Source: a virus. Taken from it: 64,000 bases of DNA. Positions 53,556 to 62,893 of this stretch are shown in pieces. The stretch is taken from the IMG/VR virus record IMGVR_UViG_3300028898_000117. One strand, 5' to 3'. Within the stretch, counting starts at the first letter, position 1. The number at the start of each line of letters is the position of its first letter. A model generated the notes under the pieces. It ran no database searches, had not been told where the DNA came from, and was given only the letters and a program-made list of their open reading frames with translations. The translations under genes and the position numbers were made by a program.

Positions 53556-54987
53556 TTTTACTGACGAACAGATTCGAGAATTGACAGGACAGGTGCTCGC
53601 AGCTCCGCAAAAAATTGCTGACTTGAACAACAACAAAACGAAAGCAATTCAATTAAAAAATGATTATCTTGATCTTGATAATGCAAACAAAGTTTACACC
53701 GATGGGTATTTGGCTTTTGTTTCCTCTTATCACACAGAGCTGAAATACTTAAATGGTGAAGATAGGACTTTGTATGATACGGCAAATATAGACCCTGCTG
53801 GAAGACTCACTGACGGAAATATTCATTTTCCAAGTAGTCCAGTGTGGGTCAACATGCAACCAAAGAAGCATCCGAGCAATGAAGGATTGCCGTTTGGTTC
53901 TTGGGTGGACAGAGAAGACACATCAATCAATAACATCAACACTCTTATTGATTTGATGAAAAATGGATTTGCAAGTGGAGCAACAACATCAAGTACGGCG
54001 ACGGCATTTGTCGGAAACACTGTAGAAGTAAACTCAACAGCATTTTCAAATGGACAAACTGTTTTATTTTATAATGGAACAAATTTTTTATATGGGACCA
54101 TCACATCAATAGATTCACCTCCTCCGATGACTGGCGTGAGAACATTGGGAATATCAATTATTTACAGTTCTGCTGGGTTTGGTGGAATTTCTATCGGCTC
54201 GACTGTTAAAAATTTCCATTCAGGTTTTAACAATGCACAGAGAGAGGAAACGGTTATTCCTCCAGATGTGGCTTACTTGCATGGCCTTAAGGACCAAATT
54301 GATTTTTTGGTTGGGCTTTGGGAAACCATTTTGGGTTCAGAGGAAACGGCACTTAATTCAAATGATGCTCCAGAAACTTCTGAAATTGCATCAGCAATAG
54401 CAAATATCAACACATCTCAGTCTGCGATTGATACTTGGCAAGCACAGCCAAGCACTGGTTCTGGGGTTAGTAGGTTTGGGGACACATACTTAAACCCACT
54501 GATTTCAGCTATGAGCACAAGGCTTACGCAGATCACAGCAAGGGCAGCTCAAATAATTTCAAGGCTTGGTTCCATAACGCAAAATCCAGATGGCAGCTAT
54601 ACTGACAGTGGTCATTACTTTAGTTTTTTCGACAATTTGAACCTTCGCATAAATAAAGCATCTGGGACCTTGAGAAATTTTTATCAGCAAGATTTGATAA
54701 TTTCAGTGATTGACCAGCAAATAGCCACTGCTCAAGCCGCAGCAGACAGAGATTCGGCAACATTTGATATTAAGCAGTTTACCGCCGATGCGAATGGAAC
54801 AAACGTCGTGAGTCTTGATAATGTGTCTGGCCTAAGTATCTCTCAATCGGTTAAAATCATGAGTAATGCTCAGACCACAATCAATGCAGTGATAACTGAT
54901 ATTATGAGTCTGGACGTTGAGCTAGACATAATCATTCCAAGTACTTACAAGGTTGCTGATAAAGCGAGATTGGTTGTGCAAAATTAA
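53545..54987 (+). CDS. baseplate-module protein
   Basis: 480 aa with a GTG start overlapping the HNH gene stop. No domain recognised. Confidence 0.5.
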   Translation: MAFNFTDEQIRELTGQVLAAPQKIADLNNNKTKAIQLKNDYLDLDNANKVYTDGYLAFVSSYHTELKYLNGEDRTLYDTANIDPAGRLTDGNIHFPSSPVWVNMQPKKHPSNEGLPFGSWVDREDTSINNINTLIDLMKNGFASGATTSSTATAFVGNTVEVNSTAFSNGQTVLFYNGTNFLYGTITSIDSPPPMTGVRTLGISIIYSSAGFGGISIGSTVKNFHSGFNNAQREETVIPPDVAYLHGLKDQIDFLVGLWETILGSEETALNSNDAPETSEIASAIANINTSQSAIDTWQAQPSTGSGVSRFGDTYLNPLISAMSTRLTQITARAAQIISRLGSITQNPDGSYTDSGHYFSFFDNLNLRINKASGTLRNFYQQDLIISVIDQQIATAQAAADRDSATFDIKQFTADANGTNVVSLDNVSGLSISQSVKIMSNAQTTINAVITDIMSLDVELDIIIPSTYKVADKARLVVQN

Positions 54988-54995
54988 GGGGAAGT

Positions 54996-57128
54996 ATGGC
55001 TTTTAGTTTTGGTTTTCCATCAAGCGTTCCTGGGACTGGAGATTTACTTCAGAATACAGGTGCCATTGTCGATTCAGTGATCGGTGATTTTCTCGACACA
55101 TTGACTGGAAATGATAAATTTAAGCAGCTTTATAGCCAAGATGAAACTCCGAATGATGGAGTAAAGCAATTCACAACAACTGCGGCAGATCGAAGGCTTT
55201 GGCATACAATTCAAACTGATCAGAGTCAGCCAGATTATTTTTTCCTTTTGAAATACAAGGGTAAAATTGTACAAATTCCATTTAACATCAATCCTACTCG
55301 CGAAACTGTGTCAGAACCTACTGGGACAACAATCACATACATGCAAGGTGGTGCTAAACAAATCACATCTGAAGGTATGACCACAAAGGACATCAATATC
55401 AGTGGATTTTGCGGCTTGTACCCAGGTGATCGCAGAAAAAGATTGCCAGATAGTGGTATTGGTTCAGGTTTTGAGGCATTTAAAAATCTTCAAAATACTT
55501 TTAGACGATATGCTTTTTTAAAAAGGTACGGCGATTTAACAAAAGGTTTGTCGCTGATTTACGTCAATCGCAGAAAACAAGAATCTTGGGTTGTTGAACC
55601 AATTTCGTTCCAATCAGAGGATGCAGTTGAGCATAATTTTAATTTTAGCTACAACATTCAGCTCCAAACTTTATATCCATACGACGGTCAAGAGTCTAAG
55701 GGGTTGGCTGAAAGATTGCTCGATAGCATTCCAGGCTGGAGACAGTTTGATGCCGTTGTGCAAAGATTTTCAGAAGCCGTAGACCAATTGAATGCATCGG
55801 CTGGTCGAATTTCATCAATTGTCGCTGGTTTCTCAACGACAACTTTGTCTAGGGTAAACCAGTTCGCGAATTCTCTTGCCGACGTGGTAGCTGGTAGACT
55901 TCCAAACTTGGCTAATTTTAAAAGAGATTCTGTCAAGGGTGTGGTTTTAGAGCTTAGAGGTATTGCATCAGCTCTTGAGCTTGCTGGGGCAGCAGGATTA
56001 GCTTCGCAGGTCGCAAAAACAGAACGATCTATGCGTGACACTCTTTTACAGGACCATTTGTATGATCGCACTCCAGTAAATAACGCGAATTCTATAACGC
56101 AAACACAGGCAAATCAGCTCACCAATTACACTGATTCAAGGGGAGCATCTGTCAGTCCCGCTGATGCATCTGCGGCTGGAAACGTAGGGCAGAGACCAGA
56201 CTCATCTGCTCAATTTAGTGGCACTCAATCAGCTCCTACATCTGTCCCTGGTTCGGCAGTCAACTTAGCGCAGTTCGCAGCAAGACAAGGAGCATCGACT
56301 CAAACTGTAGCAACAATCGGTGGTTCTGCCCTTGACCCTAACGGAAAATTTCAGGTCGTTCGCTATCAGCCAACAGATGAGGCTGGCAATGCTTTGCCGC
56401 CATCAACATCATCATTCGAGAGCCAATTGAATTGGGACCAATCATGGTCACAATACTTGGACAATATTTCGCCAGCAAATGCAGATTATTTAACGGCAAA
56501 GGTTAACATTAATGATTCTATTCAAACCTTAGCATTCAGATTGCTTGGAGATCATGCAAGATGGCCAGAACTTGTGATGCTAAATAACTTGAAATATCCA
56601 TACGTTGCAGATCAAGCGTACATTTTGTCGAATGGGTTATCGAATGTCATTCCTTGGGGTGGGACTATTCTTTATCCAGTTCCAAAAGTACAACCTGGCA
56701 GCAAGGTTCGAGTATGGAGAAATGAATCTTTTCAAAGCTTAAATTTGAGTCCATTTGAGCGTTCTCTTGGCAGTGATATTTTGGTTGATGCTGAAACTGG
56801 GGACGTGGTTTGGGGTGCTAACGATTTAGCCCTAGCATACGGAGTTCAAAATATAGAGCAATTCATCAGAAAACGAGTTTTAACCAGAAAGAATATGTTA
56901 CGACGATCATTGAGGCTTGGGTTTAGCCAATTTTTAGGTATTTCGACTGGAGCTAGTGAGGCAATTATTAAAGCGGAAGCTAGAAATTTATTTTTTGGCG
57001 ACGAGCGCATTGTTTCATCAGAGTGTGTTCAAATACAAGAAAATGCTGGTAAACTTTTAATAGCAATAGCAGTGATTGTAAAAGACTCTCAGCAACCGAT
57101 TGTTGTTACTGAAGAGATAGAACCATAG
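54996..57128 (+). CDS. baseplate protein with LysM/gpX-like segment and gp25/XkdS-like C-terminal domain
   Basis: LAFRLLGDHARWPELVMLNNLKYPYV resembles the LysM-like fold of tail protein X. The C-terminal stretch GVQNIEQFIRKRVLTRKN...DERIVSSECVQIQENAGKLLIAIAVIV resembles gp25-family wedge proteins. Confidence 0.45.
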   Translation: MAFSFGFPSSVPGTGDLLQNTGAIVDSVIGDFLDTLTGNDKFKQLYSQDETPNDGVKQFTTTAADRRLWHTIQTDQSQPDYFFLLKYKGKIVQIPFNINPTRETVSEPTGTTITYMQGGAKQITSEGMTTKDINISGFCGLYPGDRRKRLPDSGIGSGFEAFKNLQNTFRRYAFLKRYGDLTKGLSLIYVNRRKQESWVVEPISFQSEDAVEHNFNFSYNIQLQTLYPYDGQESKGLAERLLDSIPGWRQFDAVVQRFSEAVDQLNASAGRISSIVAGFSTTTLSRVNQFANSLADVVAGRLPNLANFKRDSVKGVVLELRGIASALELAGAAGLASQVAKTERSMRDTLLQDHLYDRTPVNNANSITQTQANQLTNYTDSRGASVSPADASAAGNVGQRPDSSAQFSGTQSAPTSVPGSAVNLAQFAARQGASTQTVATIGGSALDPNGKFQVVRYQPTDEAGNALPPSTSSFESQLNWDQSWSQYLDNISPANADYLTAKVNINDSIQTLAFRLLGDHARWPELVMLNNLKYPYVADQAYILSNGLSNVIPWGGTILYPVPKVQPGSKVRVWRNESFQSLNLSPFERSLGSDILVDAETGDVVWGANDLALAYGVQNIEQFIRKRVLTRKNMLRRSLRLGFSQFLGISTGASEAIIKAEARNLFFGDERIVSSECVQIQENAGKLLIAIAVIVKDSQQPIVVTEEIEP

Positions 57129-57138
57129 TGGAGGGATA

Positions 57139-58773
57139 ATGCCAGCATTCGCGCCCAAACAAAGAACAGAGATTTATGCGAACATTACAGCCCAGGTGCT
57201 TGCCAATGCTCCAATCACAAGCTCAGAGCTTGGTGAGGTTGTTGATAACCTTTCCTTCGGCGTGTCTGACCAAATTTACGAATTGTACGTTGAAATTCAA
57301 AATGCATTAGCTTTGTTGAAATTGGACACGACAACTGGTTCTGACCTTGATTTAGTGGCAAGCGAATATCCTGACCTACACCCTAGATTCGAGGCGAGCA
57401 CAGCAACGGGAGCGGTGCAAGTTTCTGACCCTGCCATCACAAAAATTTCCGACATTGTTGACACTGGCGGAGCGAACTCTGGAGACACTTTTTTAAATCT
57501 TGATGATGCCTCGACATTCCCAACATCTGGAACAGTGTTGATAGGCGTTCGTGGTTCTTCAGTTTTTGAACAAAAAGCATATACTGGAAAATCTGGCAAT
57601 CAACTTACTGGAGTAACTGCTTTAGATTTTGACCATGGTTCAGGAGAGCCTGTGGTCTTAACAACGGTTGGGGACCGAGTTTTTCCTGGTCCATTCACTG
57701 TATCAACAGAGGCAACTGCACAAACTCCAGCAAAACAATATACGAGCACAACACCTCTTGAAATTTTTGATGGAGAAGAAACTGGTTCTATGGATATTGA
57801 GGCAACGATAGCTGGTCTGTCTGGAAATACGCCTTCAAATACAATAGTGAAATTCATAGGTACAGATCCATTCGCAGGTGCGGTTGTTAATAATGGTGCG
57901 CCGATTAATAATGGCGTTGCAAGAGAGAAGGACCCTGATTTAAGACAGCGTATTCGTCAGCAGAAACAAGCTTTATCAACTGGCAATATTGATGCTGTAA
58001 CTTCAAAACTTTTCAATGCAAATTTCCAAGGGCAGCGAGTAGTTTTCGGTCAGGTTGTTGAAGACCCAGACCCAACTTTACCAAGCCTTGCTTACATTGA
58101 TGACGGTTCTGGATTTGTACCTACTCAAGTTACTCATACGGACCCAATTATACTTGTGGATGCAGCCCTTGGAGGGGAGAGAAGATTTTATATTCCATCC
58201 GAATTTAGGCCAATGGTGACAACTGATCTGGAGAATGCAGCTTATGTATTTGCAAATATCACTTTAGAGTTGAATGCAGTTCCATTAGTTCAAGGAACAG
58301 GCGCAGGTCAGTACCAAATTCATCCAGATCGTGGACTTATTCGATTGAATGCAGCATTAGCGCCAGGCGATCACTTAGAGATTACGTCGATCAAATTTTT
58401 CTCAGGACTTGTGCAAGAAACTAATTTTCAAGTTTATGGAAAAAGAGAGGATAGGGTGAATTATCCTGGTATTTCAGCACTTGGTTCATGGGTTCAGGTG
58501 AGAAACCCTGCCGCTCAATTCGTTACTGTTCAAGGCAATGTGGTCTTGGATGGTTCTAGGCCAATCAATGATGTGGTGAATGAAGTTAAACAAAATATGC
58601 TCGACTACATCAATAGCTTGGGTATTGGAAATACAGTCGTTAAAAACAGACTTGTGGCATTGGCATTTGTTCCAGGGGTGAAAGATTTTACATTGGTTCT
58701 TCCTGTCAGTGACGTAATTATTCCAGACGGAACTCTCGCAAGAGCTTTGTCTGGCAATATCACAATTTCGTGA
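57139..58773 (+). CDS. baseplate J-like protein
   Basis: VAREKDPDLRQRIRQQKQALSTGNIDAV matches the conserved E.D..lR.Ri motif of gpJ/gp47. The size (544 aa) and position also fit. Confidence 0.65.
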   Translation: MPAFAPKQRTEIYANITAQVLANAPITSSELGEVVDNLSFGVSDQIYELYVEIQNALALLKLDTTTGSDLDLVASEYPDLHPRFEASTATGAVQVSDPAITKISDIVDTGGANSGDTFLNLDDASTFPTSGTVLIGVRGSSVFEQKAYTGKSGNQLTGVTALDFDHGSGEPVVLTTVGDRVFPGPFTVSTEATAQTPAKQYTSTTPLEIFDGEETGSMDIEATIAGLSGNTPSNTIVKFIGTDPFAGAVVNNGAPINNGVAREKDPDLRQRIRQQKQALSTGNIDAVTSKLFNANFQGQRVVFGQVVEDPDPTLPSLAYIDDGSGFVPTQVTHTDPIILVDAALGGERRFYIPSEFRPMVTTDLENAAYVFANITLELNAVPLVQGTGAGQYQIHPDRGLIRLNAALAPGDHLEITSIKFFSGLVQETNFQVYGKREDRVNYPGISALGSWVQVRNPAAQFVTVQGNVVLDGSRPINDVVNEVKQNMLDYINSLGIGNTVVKNRLVALAFVPGVKDFTLVLPVSDVIIPDGTLARALSGNITIS

Positions 58774-58779
58774 GGTTAA

Positions 58780-60159
58780 ATGGGTAACTTTGTTGATAAA
58801 AAACAAGAATTGCTTAGATACTTTCCTTCGCCTTTTTATCAACTTCAGTCAGGGCAAGGTTTATCTATTCTTCTTGAAATTATAGGTGACGAGTTAAACG
58901 ATGCCGCTCAACAAACACTCAATGCTAGAAGTCAGTTTTTATTGGCTACAGCTCTCGGTAGATATTTAAACGACATCGGTGTGAATCTTGATGTTTTTCG
59001 TCCTCGTGGATATAAAATGTCAGACAACACATATCGTGAATTGATTAAAATTGTCACAAATTCGCCAAAAAATATCGAGAGGGTTTTTGAAAGAATTTTG
59101 GCATTGTATTTTGGTCCTAATGCTGTCGCTGATGGCATCGCTGATGTCTATTCATACCGACCAAATGAAATTGTTGTAGAAATTAAAGCTCAAGCTCTAA
59201 TTATTGCCAGCAATCGTGATTTATATGGAACTCACTACTTACATGAAACTCATGATGCGTTCGATGGTGATTCGATTGATCTTTTTTCTGGGACATTGCC
59301 TGTAAATTTATCTGAAGGTGACACTGGCTTTACTTTGGCAAGCATTCCATCTGGTATGCCAGATCATGGAGCATTGTATTTGCCAAGCGCCGCATCGCCT
59401 GTTGAAGTAGTGAGATATTCCAGGTCTGGAACGACTGTTACTTTTCGCTCACCATTAGATAACGACTGGTCAATGGGGGCCACATTTCAAGGGGCAAAAT
59501 TTCCAGAGGATTATCCAAGTGGGTACATATACGATGCAGAGGTTAGGTCTGATCTTGTTGGAACCTATGTTGGGGGAGAGACAAGCATAACTATCGGCGT
59601 ATTCCCTGAGAAATTTCCATTAGTTGGAACAATTTATGTAGGCAATCCAACAGCCTCAAATTTCGAGGCAAAAGGATTTAGTAGAGGTTCTTTGACCTCA
59701 ACTACTTTTACACTGAAAGGGCCTTTAAACTTCGCTCATGCATCTGGCGACCCAGTTCTTATCCCGACCATTCCAAGATCAATCAACACAACACTCAATC
59801 AATCCATAACGGCTGGTAACACATATTCAGAACTTACGGTTGTGAATGGTGCTGATTTTCCATTGGAGCGTGGCGCAATAAGACTAGCTCAAAGTTTTGG
59901 AAATGTTGAATTGGTTCCTTTTACGTCACGAAAAATAAGTGACAATACAAAATTGCTCATAGACCCAAATTATACGTTTGTATTCGACCACAGCTCATCT
60001 GAGAAGGTCCAATTGATGGCAAGAAAGACAAGCCCCAGCACTGATGGCCTTAATTGGCCATTTTATTTGAATGATACTGATTCATTGAGGGCACAATTTT
60101 TTAATCTTTTAAAGAGACTGAAAGCGACTGGCATGAAAATGGTTTTCGAGATCGTGTAG
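58780..60159 (+). CDS. baseplate protein (gpI / Mu gp48 / XkdU-like)
   Basis: The N-terminus LLRYFPSPFYQ...LLATALGRYLNDIGVNL resembles the DUF2313 pattern. The gene follows the J-like gene. Confidence 0.4.
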   Translation: MGNFVDKKQELLRYFPSPFYQLQSGQGLSILLEIIGDELNDAAQQTLNARSQFLLATALGRYLNDIGVNLDVFRPRGYKMSDNTYRELIKIVTNSPKNIERVFERILALYFGPNAVADGIADVYSYRPNEIVVEIKAQALIIASNRDLYGTHYLHETHDAFDGDSIDLFSGTLPVNLSEGDTGFTLASIPSGMPDHGALYLPSAASPVEVVRYSRSGTTVTFRSPLDNDWSMGATFQGAKFPEDYPSGYIYDAEVRSDLVGTYVGGETSITIGVFPEKFPLVGTIYVGNPTASNFEAKGFSRGSLTSTTFTLKGPLNFAHASGDPVLIPTIPRSINTTLNQSITAGNTYSELTVVNGADFPLERGAIRLAQSFGNVELVPFTSRKISDNTKLLIDPNYTFVFDHSSSEKVQLMARKTSPSTDGLNWPFYLNDTDSLRAQFFNLLKRLKATGMKMVFEIV

Positions 60160-60188
60160 TGACGATAAAATGATAAGCAGGAGTTAGC

Positions 60189-62876
60189 ATGGCTTTAAAT
60201 AAATGGCGCGTGAATTTTGAAGGTAACGAGCGAGTTGACCTTCCAGACTTTAAAAATATGATGGCCCGAGCTTTTGCTGACTTTGAGCTTTTAATTCAAT
60301 CATATTTTGATAATGAGGTAACGCCAAGAGTTTTGCGTCGCTATCAAGAGGGTGCTCATACCGTAAACACTTTTAAATTATTAAAAGATGTCAATAGAGC
60401 ATGGACCGACAAACAACAGCAATGGCTGTACGTTAATGCTGACACTGCTGGCTCTACTCAAAATCTTATCGTTACCAGTGGGGCAACAAATTATGTGATG
60501 GTCAGATTAAAGACTACCAACGATGATCTTCAAACTCGAGCTTTTTGGGACACAGACATTGGATTAACAGGCCAAGAATTTTTCGATGAAATAAATGTAA
60601 GGACCAGATTTGATGAAGAGTTTTTGGTTAACACTACTGGTTTCGTCGTTGGATGGATACCTTTATTTACCGTCGTCGTAGATGGTGGTGGAAATATCAC
60701 GACAGTTACTCGTTCAGACGATGCATTTTGGAAACATAGATCATTGTCTTTACCTGCCGCAAATGTGCGTGAAAATGTATACAATTCAACAGTCCAAGAC
60801 CTTAGATCATTTATTGATTTATTGGGTGCAACCATGGGCGAAGTTAAATCTTCGACTGGCGGTACACTTGCGGCAATGCCATGGTCAAACATTAAACTTC
60901 TTCGTGAATATCAAAATATTTTCTACACTGGCGGCGGCAATATCGAATGGGAAGGAACTCAAGGCGCAGATACGTTAGGCTGGGATGATGATATTGAAAT
61001 TGTCCTTGCTGGCAGAGCGGCTGTTTACACCATTTTAGCTGGTTCAGAAGCTCTTCTTGAGGGCGAGTGTTTGTATGTTTCTATCCCAGAAGGTGGTAGT
61101 GCAAACCTCACTCCAGTAATTGATGATTTAGACAATGTACCGACAGACCCGACTGATGTTGGTTTTGACCCAAAAATCATGGTCCTTTTCTATCGCAGAA
61201 ATAACATCATTTATGGAACCATGGACATTCCTGAACTTGAGAGCGGTCAAGCTGTTGTCATTGGCCAAGAATTATCGAATAATTTAAAAGCACGTTTAGG
61301 AATTCTGACGAATACAACTTATGTGGCTTACACTTCGACATTGGTTATCAATGCTAACGATTCTTATGCTGTGGCAATTTCAAAACTTGATGCAGCAGTT
61401 TCGGGAAGCTCAGATACAGCAAACCAAGATCGAAACATGAAACTAGTAAGGGGCGGTGTTTGGGCTTGGAATTCTGGCACAAATTCACTGAGCTTTAGTG
61501 CTGATGCGTTTATTCAAATTGAAAATTTACTTGAGAATAGAAATAAGATCAGCACAGCATCCAGTCCGATTGTTATTGATGATGATGGTAAGGTTGCATT
61601 TGTCGATGTTAACAGAACAGCAGGTGCTCCAGCCACACTAACAGTAAGCGTAGACTACATTGAAAACGTAGTTCCTGGTGACGATAGGCTTATCATTGCT
61701 CGACGAATCGGTGGAGACATGATCGTTGGCAATGGAACCATGAAAATTCTTAATGGTGAGTCCAGAGAGATTGATCGAGGGTTGTCTGAACAAACTAGGA
61801 ATTTAATTGGTGGAATAATAAACCCAATTACAGAGGCTACACAAGACCCTCAATGGGCATCTAGGGGAGCCCCAAGAAGAAACATCACAGACGGCAACAA
61901 AACATTGGATGCTATAGCAAGCCTTGATACAGAACTTGATAAATTTTTTGGTCAGTTAAAAATTCAACCTCATGCAAGTCCATTCAAGGCTAAGATCACT
62001 GGCGTTGACAAAACTATGCTTGATGCTTCTGTTTTAAGCCAAGAATTGAAAAATTTAATTTTGGATTTTGATGGTGCAGTTATTAATTTTTCGACTGGAG
62101 TGATTAACAAGGCAGATGACTCAACTCCGCTTGGAAACAACTTCACCCCATTTTCCATTCCAGTAGGCGAGTATTTTTGGTACGGAGTAGGGATTGTAGA
62201 AGATGTCGCTAATGCCAATAATTCAATGAAGGCAAAAGTGACAATTTCTCAAGCTCTGTCGTCGAATGCTTTGCAATTAAGTGCGCCATATCCTGATTTA
62301 GATGGAGACAAGAAACTTGGTGCAATTTTATTCCAAAACGTGGGCGGCACTATCACATTGCAGCTTATAAGACAGCTCGGTGTTGGTTCAGGCAGTGGTA
62401 GTGGTGGTTCTTTGCCGAAAATGCAAAAAGAAACTCCATCTGGTGCTGTGAATGGTTCAAACGTAACATTTGGATTATCATTGGTTCCAAAATCACCTCA
62501 GAGTGTTGATTTTTTCCTTGATGGATTGCACTTGGAGTATGGTGTTGATTTCACTGTTTCTGGACAAACTGCAACGCTGACAAGCGCACCATCAACAAGT
62601 CAAAGACCTTATGTGAATTATGTGGTTGATACCTCAGTGCCGCTTGAGAGATTTCAAGAATTTATCGGCACTGGCGACGGTTCAACCGACACATTTTCTC
62701 TCAGCGGCATTCCAGAAAGTGTTGAAGGAACTGATGTTTATTTGGAGGGATTGTTCGTTGAAGGAACTGATTGGGGCCTTCTCAAGACAATCAGCAATGC
62801 GTATATTGTATTCCAACCAAGCAATATACCATCATTGGGGCAGAGAATTTTTGTTTCGTATTTTAAACGAGTTTAA
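60189..62876 (+). CDS. tail fibre protein
   Basis: 895 aa, positioned after the baseplate wedge genes. A GSGSGSGG linker is followed by two tandem ~75-aa beta-sandwich-like repeats at the C-terminus. Confidence 0.55.
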   Translation: MALNKWRVNFEGNERVDLPDFKNMMARAFADFELLIQSYFDNEVTPRVLRRYQEGAHTVNTFKLLKDVNRAWTDKQQQWLYVNADTAGSTQNLIVTSGATNYVMVRLKTTNDDLQTRAFWDTDIGLTGQEFFDEINVRTRFDEEFLVNTTGFVVGWIPLFTVVVDGGGNITTVTRSDDAFWKHRSLSLPAANVRENVYNSTVQDLRSFIDLLGATMGEVKSSTGGTLAAMPWSNIKLLREYQNIFYTGGGNIEWEGTQGADTLGWDDDIEIVLAGRAAVYTILAGSEALLEGECLYVSIPEGGSANLTPVIDDLDNVPTDPTDVGFDPKIMVLFYRRNNIIYGTMDIPELESGQAVVIGQELSNNLKARLGILTNTTYVAYTSTLVINANDSYAVAISKLDAAVSGSSDTANQDRNMKLVRGGVWAWNSGTNSLSFSADAFIQIENLLENRNKISTASSPIVIDDDGKVAFVDVNRTAGAPATLTVSVDYIENVVPGDDRLIIARRIGGDMIVGNGTMKILNGESREIDRGLSEQTRNLIGGIINPITEATQDPQWASRGAPRRNITDGNKTLDAIASLDTELDKFFGQLKIQPHASPFKAKITGVDKTMLDASVLSQELKNLILDFDGAVINFSTGVINKADDSTPLGNNFTPFSIPVGEYFWYGVGIVEDVANANNSMKAKVTISQALSSNALQLSAPYPDLDGDKKLGAILFQNVGGTITLQLIRQLGVGSGSGSGGSLPKMQKETPSGAVNGSNVTFGLSLVPKSPQSVDFFLDGLHLEYGVDFTVSGQTATLTSAPSTSQRPYVNYVVDTSVPLERFQEFIGTGDGSTDTFSLSGIPESVEGTDVYLEGLFVEGTDWGLLKTISNAYIVFQPSNIPSLGQRIFVSYFKRV

Positions 62877-62893
62877 GAAAGAAGGAGACAGAC

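Noticed and set aside
51938-54987. The HNH gene as part of an intron or intein splitting a baseplate gene
   Set aside because: The flanking ORFs each have their own stop and start. Their ends show no continuity. I saw no intron-like structured non-coding sequence.
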